This document shows, piece after piece, positions 37,696 to 48,543 of a stretch of 64,000 nucleotides of DNA; the stretch's first letter is position 1; every line of letters starts with the position of its first letter. A model generated the notes under the pieces. It did not search any database and had not been told where the DNA came from. It saw nothing but the letters and a program-made list of their open reading frames with translations. Both the position numbers and the translations under genes were made by a program. The DNA is from Mobula birostris (taxonomy: Eukaryota): the NCBI RefSeq assembly GCF_030028105.1, contig NC_092379.1:23739821-23803820 (forward strand). Direction: 5' to 3'.

Positions 37696-39391
37696 ATTCT
37701 CGCAATTCCAATCACCCAGATGGAAATATCCCACTACACAACGGAATAATTTCTAGCTATTGCTTGGGCCAAGCATTTGCAATTTTGACTATAGCCGAGA
37801 TCAGCAAATGGACCTGGTGATGTGCATACAGATTTCATCCGAACCTCATTAAACTGTTAAGTTAAGGGGTAGTAATTTTACCATACTACTACCAAGCTGA
37901 AGTAACTTGAGAATTACTGCTTTACAAAGAAAGTGTGCCTTCATCCCAGCGTATTTGTGCTGATGATCTTGAGAGCAGTTTATTATTATAAATTTCCTTC
38001 CTTTATTTCTCCCACCTTCTTCTGTGTAATATTCTTCTGTGTAAAGAGTAATTAGGGAGATACAGTAGAGCCCTTCAAATGCCAACGTCGACATATTTTT
38101 TATGGAGATGCAGTAAATGTGCAAGGTCCTTAATGAATAATTCCCTGTTTACCTTGGAAAGCTTAAAAAGACTTCTGAACGAGATAATCAGGGGACATCT
38201 TGAGGATGGTCTGCATTGCAGCTGTCGAATTATTGGATGTCATAAATCTCATGGACCTGCCCCATATATTCATGGAAGTGTAACGATTTGCACGATTCTG
38301 TACAGCGCTAACACCAGCGAATTGTATCGACTCGCGCTTAGGCACCCGCAATGTCTTCTCTAGCTTCCAAAAGTTTTTTAAAAAATATATTATTAGTTTG
38401 AAAACACAGCACGGAACATTCCGGCCCTTTGAGCCTCGCCACGTAGATACCCACCGCTTTCACGGGATTTTAAACCAATTGACCTACTAACCGTTACGTC
38501 TTTGGACTATGAGAGGAAACCGAATCAGGCCAGGAAACCAACGTGCACACGGAGGGAATGTGCAAACCTGCTTACCGAAATTGTGGGAGCACGGACTGAG
38601 ACATTTTCATCAGTGTTTAGTTACATGAAGTCAGGAGGGGCATAGATAGGAATAATGCACACAGTCCGCTTTCCCATGGTTGCACAATCATGAACCAGAG
38701 GACATAGGTTTAAGGTAAGATTGAAGAAATTTACGAAGAATCACGAGGGCCAAATGTTCACGCAGAGAGTGGTCAGTATACGATACGAGCTGCCATATAA
38801 AGCGGTTGGGGCAGGTACATTGACATGTAAAATGGTACATTGACAGGTAAATGGACATGAAAGCTTTGGAGAGATAGGAAACAACTGCGGACAAACAGGA
38901 CCAGGTTAGATGGGAATCTTTGTCTAGTTGGACCAAGATGGCCGAAAGGCTTGCTTCTATGTGCACTTTATATGAATCCCAAGATTCCACCTGCTTTATT
39001 CACCTGTTTCCACAGTCTCTGGTTCGCTTCGAAATCTTTGTAGTGCAAATCCATGGCTTTGCATTCCTCTATAGTATAACTCTACTGTTTCTCTCAATTT
39101 TGTTTCGAAATACTTTGGGCAGATTTAACTTACTTCTCACGTTCGTTTATTAGATTTCATTTGACTTGTGGCTGCCCATTTTGTTTCAATATGTGACCCT
39201 GATTTCTCCCGTTTCGCAATCATTTGGATCTTATCAGCATAATTCTGTATTTAGCGCGTACCCTGCTAGAAAGAAGTTTTAAATTGTGCAGGAATCGAAG
39301 TTCAGGAATTAGAACGCAAATCTCTCTTCCCTAAAACACTTTAGAGAACTTGAAGCTATTGCTAGGAAACTTCAGAAAGTACTGCCTCCGG

Positions 39392-39786
39392 ATTACTCTT
39401 TGGAGAGAAGGAGGATGAGAAGAGACATGATAGAAGTGTACAAGATAATAAGAGGAATAGATAGAGTGGATAGCCAGCGCCTCTTCCCCAGGGCACCACT
39501 GCTCAATACAAGAGGACATGGCTTTAAGGTAAGGGGTGGGAAGTTCAAAGGGGATATTAGAGGAAGGTTTTTTACTCAGAGAGTGGTTGGTGCGTGGAAT
39601 GCACTGCCTGAGTCAGTGGTGGAGGCAGATACACTAGTGAAGTTTAAGAGACTACTAGACAGGTATATGGAGGAATTCAAGGTGGGGGCTTATATGGGAG
39701 GCAGAGTTTGAGGGTCGGCACAATGTTGTGGGCCGATGGGCCTGTACTGTGCTGTACTATTCTATGTTCTATGTTCTATGTTCTAT
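39392..39786 (+). mobile_element. Young CR1 LINE 3' end
   Basis: ORF 39400..39711; near-identical to 17913-18297; (TTCTATG)n tail. Confidence 0.92.
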
Positions 39787-40761
39787 ATCGTAAAGCTGCA
39801 TTTTGACCAAAAATGAATAGTTTTTCTAAACAATCAGCAGATCGAGCAGTGTCTGAATCTGACTAATTTTCTATGATCTGGAATATTAACACTATTTCCT
39901 TCTCCACCGATATGACATAGCATTCTGTTTCCTTGACCAGTTATATCATGCCATCCAATCAATGCAAATTAATACTCTAAGCAACTATTTAAATTCTTAG
40001 TGTCACTAAGTTATCATAGACACAACATCCACAGTACTAATATATTAAAAGCCGACTTTGCTGGATTCATTTTGAACAGACGCAGGAGATGTTCGATGCT
40101 CTTGGCTTGAGATAGAGCGCTAGTGGTGTTCAGTGTGCGGTGAGGGTCTTTACGTGTGCGACTCTCTTAATTGATGACTTCCTACTTGTGCATTCCAGGC
40201 ATGTAACAAGAAACCACTCAGTTAAAATAAATACTATCTTGACTTCACCTTCAGGACAACAATACATTCAGTAATTCGACCTTTTGCTGCCAGATCATGT
40301 CACTGCAGCTGAGGGATTCAATATCTCTAGTGCATATAATGGCTGATACGGATTGGATAACTTTCACCCTCCTACTAAGTTGTCGCTACCATAACGTTCT
40401 AGCGACAATATTAAGACGCCATTCATCAGAATACGTAAATTCTCAGAAGGAAAACCAACTCACCCTCTTGACAAAATCATCGCGTGTACTGCCACCAAAG
40501 TTCAGCTTCTAGCTAGATAATAGCAATGCCCAGGCACAAAGCAGTCACTAATCATCGAGACCATTTGCCAATTATTATATTAATGGCCTCCGAGCATGTT
40601 TTTTTCAATGTCTGCGTTTTTCGTACGATCTGTCACTGACTGTTGAACCTTCCCACAATCTGATAAAGTAAGCTTAAAATAACGCAACAGAGGATGCAAA
40701 GGACATGTTTTGTATAGGGAAAAGCAGAAAATAGCATCAACCAGAAGCAAATGGAACTTAC

Positions 40762-40826
40762 TTGGCAAAACCGTTAACTGTGTCCCACTGCCAAACGTCA
40801 TTCTTTCTCTCTTGATATCGTAATAT
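40762..40826 (-). CDS. TRDJ: TCR delta J segment (long, 65 nt)
   Basis: YYDIKRERMTFGSGTQLTVLP + A|gtaagt; 12-RSS CACAGAC-12-ACAGAATCC at 40827-40854. Confidence 0.92.
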
Positions 40827-40959
40827 CACAGACATAAACGCTCATACAGAATCCTGCAACTTGACCGGCGAGCTAATTTCGAAATATTGCATGGGCTAAC
40901 GTGTTTGTAAGCCTTAGGATATTTAAACACACACCAAAGAAAATTGAACATATAACAAT

Positions 40960-41340
40960 CACAGCACGGAGCAGACCATCTCGGCCCTTCTAGTCCGTGC
41001 CGAACTCCTACTCTCACCTAGTTCCACCGACCTGCACTCGGTCCATAATCCTCTATTCCCTTCCTGTTGGAATATCTATCCAATTTAACTTTAAACGACA
41101 ACATCGAACCTGCCTCAACCACTTCTGCTGGAAGCTCGTTCCACACAGCCACCACTCTCTGAGTAAAGAAGTTCCCCCTAAACTTTTGCCCTTTAACTCT
41201 CAACTCATGTCCTCTTGTTTGAATCGCCCCAACTCTCAATAGAAAAAGCCTATCCACGTCAACTCTATCAATCCCCCTCATAATTTTAAACACCTCTATC
41301 AAGACCCCTTCAACCTTCTACGCTCCAATGAATAAAGACC
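40960..41340 (-). mobile_element. CR1 LINE 3' end
   Basis: ORF 41018..41302 (IEVFKIMRGIDRVD...FFTQRVVAVWNELP). Confidence 0.88.
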
Positions 41341-42684
41341 TAATTGTACAATCTGTGGACTGATTGCATCTAAGGTAGCATTACAATATCTTCTCCTTGA
41401 ATAAACCGTTAATTCGAAGGAATTATTTTAGCCATGTCAACAAAACGCTTGGCAGAGTTGCTGCCTGACTGAAAGAGACCATTCGTACCAATGAACTTAG
41501 GTTAGCTTGTTCAGAAGTTATCTCATTGTTTCATATTTCCCGGTTCTACTCTCAAAGCTGAGCAAATTAATTACCATATTGTCAATTCAACCCCCTTTTG
41601 GAAATCTGATGGAGTCTGGCTTTAACACTTCTCGAGGGAGCTGACACATCGTATTTGGATGAATTTTCCTCTTCCGCACAGCTCCTTCTTTGGTCAAAGA
41701 AAAAATTCGGCATATCCTCTGCCCTCAGATATCCTCTATCTCCCACAGTTCTCTCCATCCAACCATTCTTTTCCAGTAAAAGCAGTTAATCCTTTCCATT
41801 CCTTCAAACCCATCCACAATAGGGAAAATATCCAGCAGCAATTAAATGTCAATGGCCCTTTGGAATATGGGAAAACATAGGAACATTGTGGGGATGGGGT
41901 GGTCGGGGGTTCGGTGGTGGCTTTAGAACACAAATGATCACAGGAAGAACAGGAACTCCTCAGGGCAGCACTCAAGTTCGTAGAACCATCCTCCAATTGG
42001 AATAACCTCTCTGCATATACACTATTCAAGTTCCCAGTCTGTCGTATCCGCTCAGTTCTCTTCCCAGCATCATTCTTTGGTGTGGTATTTCCCCCTAAAT
42101 TCCTCATTATAGAACCATTCTAGTAAATCTTCCCTACGTCCATGAACTTCAGCTCTTTCCTTCCAGGAAACCACGAGAATACTTTATATGTGGCCTAATA
42201 GGTCACTCGTACGCTCCAAATGTGGCCGATCACAAGAACAATTCAGCTTGTTGTTAATTTACAAATAGCCGTATGTGGGAAGGATGGTGACTTTGGTTTT
42301 CGGGGACGAGGGGTGGTGAGGGGTGCAGAAATTATGCAGGTCGCGTTGTGCAGAGATCAATGAGCGGTTTTATGTCGTGTGCCTGCCTTCAGAGTCTAAT
42401 TCCAATTTGTACTTTAAGGTATGTTTGAGGGCAATTAAGGCCTTGAGACTGAATGTGATCGCGGATTCCCTGTCAGTCCAACAATACACGGAGCAGCATT
42501 TTGCTGGCATATTTTGAGAATGAAGCTCAAGGTTTTATCAACTGGAGTACATTTAAGCTCTGATAGTGTTTGAATGACTTTTTCCCTACAGCTAGGTTCT
42601 CATTGCCTTAACTTTCTGACAGCAATAGCAAAGCACCAGTCAGCAGTAAATAACACATAGCCGAAATAAAGGAAACTGACTTAC

Positions 42685-42737
42685 TTGGCACAACTGTCAG
42701 CTGAGTGCCGCCGCCAAATATCATCTCCCTATTTCTA
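42685..42737 (-). CDS. TRDJ: TCR delta J segment
   Basis: RNREMIFGGGTQLTVVP + A|gtaagt; 12-RSS CACAGTA-12-GCAAAAATT at 42738-42765. Confidence 0.93.
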
Positions 42738-42973
42738 CACAGTAAGAATGAGTACGGCAAAAATTTGCTAATTCACTAGAGGCCCCAATTACAACAATGA
42801 CACCAACGGCCTTTTGTGCTGTTTTCTGATCGCAATATGTCAGTGTATTTTAAAACGTTGTACAAACTGATAAAGCAAGTATCAAATGCTGTAACTTTGC
42901 ACCAGAGTGAGTGTTTTATTCTGTTAGTCGCAGAAAAGGACTTCAAACGTAAACATATGGAATTGAAACTTGC

Positions 42974-43026
42974 ATGTAAGACTGTCAGCGTAGTACAACT
43001 GCCAAACGTTGTCTTAACAGTCGCAT
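42974..43026 (-). pseudogene. TRDJ: TCR delta pseudo-J (FGSC)
   Basis: DATVKTTFGSCTTLTVLH; donor gcaagt (GC) and out of phase; RSS CAGAGTA-6 nt-ACAACAACC. Confidence 0.7.
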
Positions 43027-44211
43027 CAGAGTAAATCGTACAACAACCGCCCGTCCAGAAAGACGCCAGTGAACCGAAGAGACATTTAAAACAAGAGAAA
43101 CTCTGCAGATACTGGAAATCCAAGCAGCACACACAAACTGCTGGAGGAGATCAGTAGGCCAGGCAGCAACAATGGAACAGAGTACCGTCGAGCTTATGGA
43201 CCGAGGCTCTTCAGCAGGCCACTGCTGCATCCTACTGAATGGTCTCGTCCCGAAAAGTCGACTGTACTCTTTTCTAAAGATGCCACCTGGCTTTCTGAGA
43301 TCCTTCAGCAGTTTGTTTGTGCTGTAAAGAAACATTTATTGTTCATGCTCGGGCTCGGAGTCTGCAACAGTAACTGAAGCAAAGAACCATCAAGGAAAAT
43401 AATAATGCATCCGTATAGTTTTATTCTTAAGACGAAACTGCAAATTCAAGGACAGTTATTTAGTAGTATAATGTAATACAAATTATGCGCTTCGTTGAAT
43501 CAGAGAAATACATTCTGCCGAAAGCAGCCATTTGTCCTTATAAGTTCACACTCACATATTCACGGTTATTAGGGCGGAAAAAGACTCTTCGGCCCTTATC
43601 GTTTATACCTATCAATATGTACCTTAAACCAATCCCATTTGTCTGTCTTTGTCCCATATCCACCGGAACATTTTCTGTTTATGTACTTGTCCAAACGTCT
43701 ACCTGTGTAGGCTCTTAGAGGGAACTATGTACTTGTACTCCAAGGTATCCTTGTCCAATAACTCCCCAGGATGTACCATTCAGTTCGCATATCCGTGGCT
43801 GGTTTAGCTTCCCAAAATACTCAACTTCACTATTTCACAAATTAAATGCCATCTGCCCTTTCCTTGCCTACTTTCTCAGTGGAATTATATTTTCAGGTAT
43901 CCTTGGACAACCTTCTTCAATCCCACTACCGCACGAATTGTGGCAAATCTGTAAACTCGCTGATCATGTCACCTTATTTCAACGAGAAAAGGTTGCATTC
44001 AGCTTGCTGCATCACTTTGGATTTGTCGTTCTGACCTTCCAGGCCAGTCATAGGGCTTGCCTAAGTTCATATGGGCAACGTGCATCACGTTGTCCTCGTG
44101 AATCTACTTGGTCACATCCTCAAAAAAGTAATCTAGTTTATGAGATACTTCCTCCTACAAAAAGGTCATGTATACTATCCCCAATCAAACTTTGGCCTTC
44201 CAAATAAATAA

Positions 44212-44225
44212 ATCAATAAATAAAT

Positions 44226-44281
<56 letters not shown>

Positions 44282-44295
44282 TATATATATATATA
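44212..44295. repeat. (AATA)n/(TA)n/(CA)n microsatellite
   Basis: Directly visible. Confidence 0.95.
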
Positions 44296-47200
44296 ATCCT
44301 TCAGAATCCACTGCAGTTTTCTCCGTGCTACGGTTGTTCGGCCTACTGGACTCATGGAGTCATGAGATCAGAGTTATAGAGCAAGGAAACACGGGCATCC
44401 TTCTAACGTGTTTTTCCCGACTAAATATCCATCCATGTTAGCTGCAGTTTTAAGGGCTCACGTCCTCGAAATCCTTTCTATATGCACATTGCTATATGTC
44501 TTTTAAACATTCTAATGAAACTGATGTATTGAGATTCCCCTTGCAGCTCGTTCATATACACACCATCATCTGCATGACTACTTGCCATTCAGCTCCATTT
44601 AAATATTTGACCTCACACTTTACACCTATGTCTTCTCGTTTTATATACCACTGCCCTGGAGAAAAAGACTGTAATCAGTCACCATATCAACCCTCCAGCA
44701 ATAAGGCCGACCCTTACCTCCTACAATCTTGGCAGAAATAAAAATCTCATCCTATCCATCCCTTCTTATCACTAAAGCGTGCACACAATGCTTAGCAGCA
44801 CCATTTCCAGCTTATTGTCCAGGTTTGTCTTTTTGAAATAGAAACACATTAGCATTCCTCCAGATTTTTGATATGTTTAGAAAAACTCACCATTTTCACT
44901 TGCCGGTGTTCAATTCCCGGAGTTTTGCAACTACATGATTCATCTTCGTCAGTGCAATTTTTCTAGCCGAAAACCCACATCTCTGGAAGGGTCCTGATTA
45001 GCTTTCCCCATTCCAAACCAGTATACTTTACCTCTATATGAATCTCAAGAGTCCTGTTCTATTCTTGAGTCTTCACGTGTCTCACTACTTTCAACAATAT
45101 CCTCCTGTGCAAACCCAGGAGCTTATACTCACATCCTTCTTTATTACTCTGTCATTTTCCTCCTATCGTGGCTCAGCATTCATTTTACAAAAGTTATTAC
45201 TTCATTAAATTAAAGTATTTAAAATTGTGTTTGACACCTGTGTACTCATTTTACTTCAATTCTGCAACCCGAATTTCTTTCAGTCGACAATCACGTTGAT
45301 CGTATATATTAATGTCAGTACCCATGTTTAGACGAAAAGAAAAAAAAATCGAAATTGTGCAGAGTCCCAATTACTGGGATGATAAATATGATGTGGACAA
45401 TAATAACAAAAAAATACTTAGCAGAAACATCAAAGAAATAAAGTAAAGTCTGCATTTAAAAAAAAAAGGAGAAAATATCATGAAACATTCAGCAGACCAG
45501 GCAGTATCTGTGTGTTGAAAGCGTCTTATATCTAAAATATGAACACTGTTTCTCTTTCAACAGATATTGTCCGACATGATGAGTGCTCCTATTATGTCCT
45601 GTTTTTGAATTATTATTTTAAGAGAATATCTTTAGCTATAGACTGACAGACATATGATATTCGTTCCTCAGGGACCACTGTCAAAATTGGTGATAGAGGG
45701 AACGCCTGTTCGGAAAATGAAAAAGAAAGTGCAAAATTGAATAGGTAACACAGATTTTACTGTGAAGAATGTTGCAGAAAGTATTAATGCTGGCATAGCG
45801 AGGGGCATACCAACTGGCAATTAGGCAGCAGAATCTCTTTGAAATTATACAGATTCAAGCAACCATATATATTGGACTTCTTCAATTTCTGAAATATCTG
45901 ACTGTAGCCCAAATCAGAAAAGCAATGATTGTGTAGAACCATACTCTCTGACAAAATGTACAATCATTGCAGAATGGTGTCTTTGGATTAATCAGGGACA
46001 TTTAGTTAAGGATTTTTTTTGTATTTTCTTTTCATTGAAGAAGGATTTAAGTGGGCAAACCATAACAAAAACGCAGTACTACCGCAGCGAGTAGTATTCT
46101 TGCCGAAGGGTTAGATTGTCCGAATGGACATGAGCAGTCGAAGTCCGATTTCCCTGGTGTACACGACTGTGACTAAATAACTCTTCCATGGTTATTCACT
46201 TCTAATAATGGTGCAGAGATACGGTTTGATAGGCACATGAACGTGAAAACGAGTGGGCTCTTGAGACTTGTAGTGCACATGGAATTGATTGGCTGAATAC
46301 ATTTTTGCAATATTATAGGAACATGGGAGGAAACATGAAGTAACCTGAAATAGTGAGGGGGTTTGGCAATTAAATTCATACCAATGAATTATATTGATTT
46401 GCTGAACACTGTTGTTGGCAGTGCCGTATAGCACAACCTTTGTTATGATTACTACTTTCATCGGTCAGGATGCTCACTCACACGACCCTCCCCACCACCA
46501 TGACCATGTGATCAGATGCAAGAAAAATAACAACATTGCATTTAATATTGATTTACTTACTCGGTTGTACGGTCAATTGAGTCCCACCGCCGAATATCAA
46601 CTTCTGTTCATACACCACATTAACCCCCCACTTGAAAACCCAGAACCAGATTACAACAAGCAGCTCCCTAGTACCATGCCCCAAGCAGGTCCCCCAGTAC
46701 CATACCACAAGTATCGTGTTCTTTGATGCAATCCAACTTAAAATGCATGGTTTGCATAGTCAAAAATTTTCAACCTGAACAGCTGTTTTAATGCATTTTA
46801 TCCTAATTCAAGTGAGAACCAGAGTGGCAAATTCAATTCAAACGGGCAAACTGATACTGGTGGATCCGCCCCACCCCCGACGTATTTTGGAATGTAGCTC
46901 TCAACGGAGCCATATCAGATTAACAATAGTTGTAATAGTAGCAGCAGCAGTAGTAATAATCATAATAGCCACTTCAATAGTCGGAAGGTTCCTAGTAACT
47001 GTTAAATGAATGTGTCTTGCTGTGTCCGTACCTCATGTTTTACCAGCCTGGGAGAAAACAAAAATAGGTTTGCAGAATCGGAGTCGTCTTGACTTCGATT
47101 CCTCTCCCAAGGATCGCTCTGTCAATTTATCTCGTATATGATGGAACTTTATGACTCAGTCGCTAGCATAATACTTTAAACAATCAGAAACACAGCGCAG

Positions 47201-47756
47201 TGGTTTGTATTTGGCAAGAAATGGCTAGATGCCATTGCAGTACCTAAGCGTCACTGAAATCAAAGTTATGAACGACAAAGAATACTCATAATATGCACAG
47301 GGATTGTACTTATCAGCTATAGCTTACTTTTGTCAAGTGCACCAGAGGGGCGAAAAGTAGAAAAGCAAAAGCAGACCTATCGATAAAGGTTTGAGAATTC
47401 ATGTGACAAGGATCTAGTTTCAAAGAAACCTGAAGGGACAGAAACGTGTCTCATACACGTGTTGTTAAGTTGGCAAAGTGTTGCTAAATTGCACAGATAA
47501 TTATGTTCACTGGTCAGTGGAACAGTATTTATCAGCACATAGACAAGTCCGTTCTAGGTATGAAGAATTGTAGAAAACATAGTATATTATTCTCCGAAAC
47601 ATTATCACTTGGAAAACTGGAGACTGACTATCAAAGCAGTTATCTGTTTCCCAACCAATTGCATATCTATCAGTTACATAATCGGCCATTCTATTGAGTT
47701 GAGCAAACAGATAGGAAAATAAAAGAAGAGCAGCATGTTAAAGTTTGAGCACTTAC

Positions 47757-47815
47757 TTGGTTCAACGATCAGCGTAGTCCCATTTGCAAAAATGAGCTTA
47801 GTTTCCTTCGTGTTA
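47757..47815 (-). CDS. TRDJ: TCR delta J segment, D-proximal (FANG motif)
   Basis: NTKETKLIFANGTTLIVEP + A|gtaagt; 12-RSS CACAGAG-12-ACAAAATCC at 47816-47843. Confidence 0.92.
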
Positions 47816-48124
47816 CACAGAGTTATATCTTGTTACAAAATCCTTTGGGATTCCCTCCACATTTCCAGGTAAACGGATGTCTTGTCTTCCGATGATAAAG
47901 CCGGTCAGGAAAGCACGACTGCCTCTACCAGTCAGCGACCCATGTAATAGGGTCGATGCCGTGGATATTCAGCGGTTAATAAAGAACCGAGAATGGTCAT
48001 TAGGTACAACGAAAAGACTCCGTTTGCTAATGCTTCTTGATATTAACCGAACTGCTGTCTGGACATCGAGGTGCTGCGGCTGGAAAGTTAATGTATGGCC
48101 ACGGATCGCATTTCAACTACTGTG

Positions 48125-48133
48125 CGTCCCGTA
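48125..48133 (-). CDS. TRDD: TCR delta D segment (J-proximal), TACGGGACG
   Basis: 5' 12-RSS CACAGTG-12-ACAAAAACT (48134-48161); 3' 23-RSS CACAGTA-23-ACATTAACT (48086-48124); open in all three frames. Confidence 0.93.
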
Positions 48134-48530
48134 CACAGTGTTACACCGCAATACAAAAACTCTTTCCTAGATGTTACACGCAGGGACACGTGATGACAGG
48201 CTGCACTGCGTAGTGTATTCAACAGTGAAAAACTTCAAAGCGTTTCACATAAACGAACTCGAACATAATCTGAAAATCAAACAGCAATAGCGTACATGTG
48301 AAGGCAGTTGACCAGCGATGGGAGCCGTTCCCTCCAACGGAATAATTTTCAGTATTAACGAAATAGGCTATATGCAGTAATCATAGAGCAACGCAGAACG
48401 AGATGAAGATTAAAAGAAAAACCACAAGATTTCCGCATCTAAGCGGCGTTTGAAGAAAAACAGTGGGGATGTCAATGAATTACAACTAGGAGGTTAATGT
48501 ACGGCAGCTGATGGCAATTCAATTACTGTG

Positions 48531-48543
48531 CGTATCCCAGTCC
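48531..48543 (-). CDS. TRDD: TCR delta D segment (V-proximal), GGACTGGGATACG
   Basis: 5' 12-RSS CACAGTG-12-ACAAAAACC (48544-48571, perfect consensus); 3' 23-RSS CACAGTA-23-ACATTAACC (48492-48530); core resembles human TRDD3 ACTGGGGGATACG. Confidence 0.95.

Noticed and set aside
45670-45720. FDSG and LTVVP J-like words on the minus strand
   Set aside because: The two motifs are in different frames; no GT donor or RSS.
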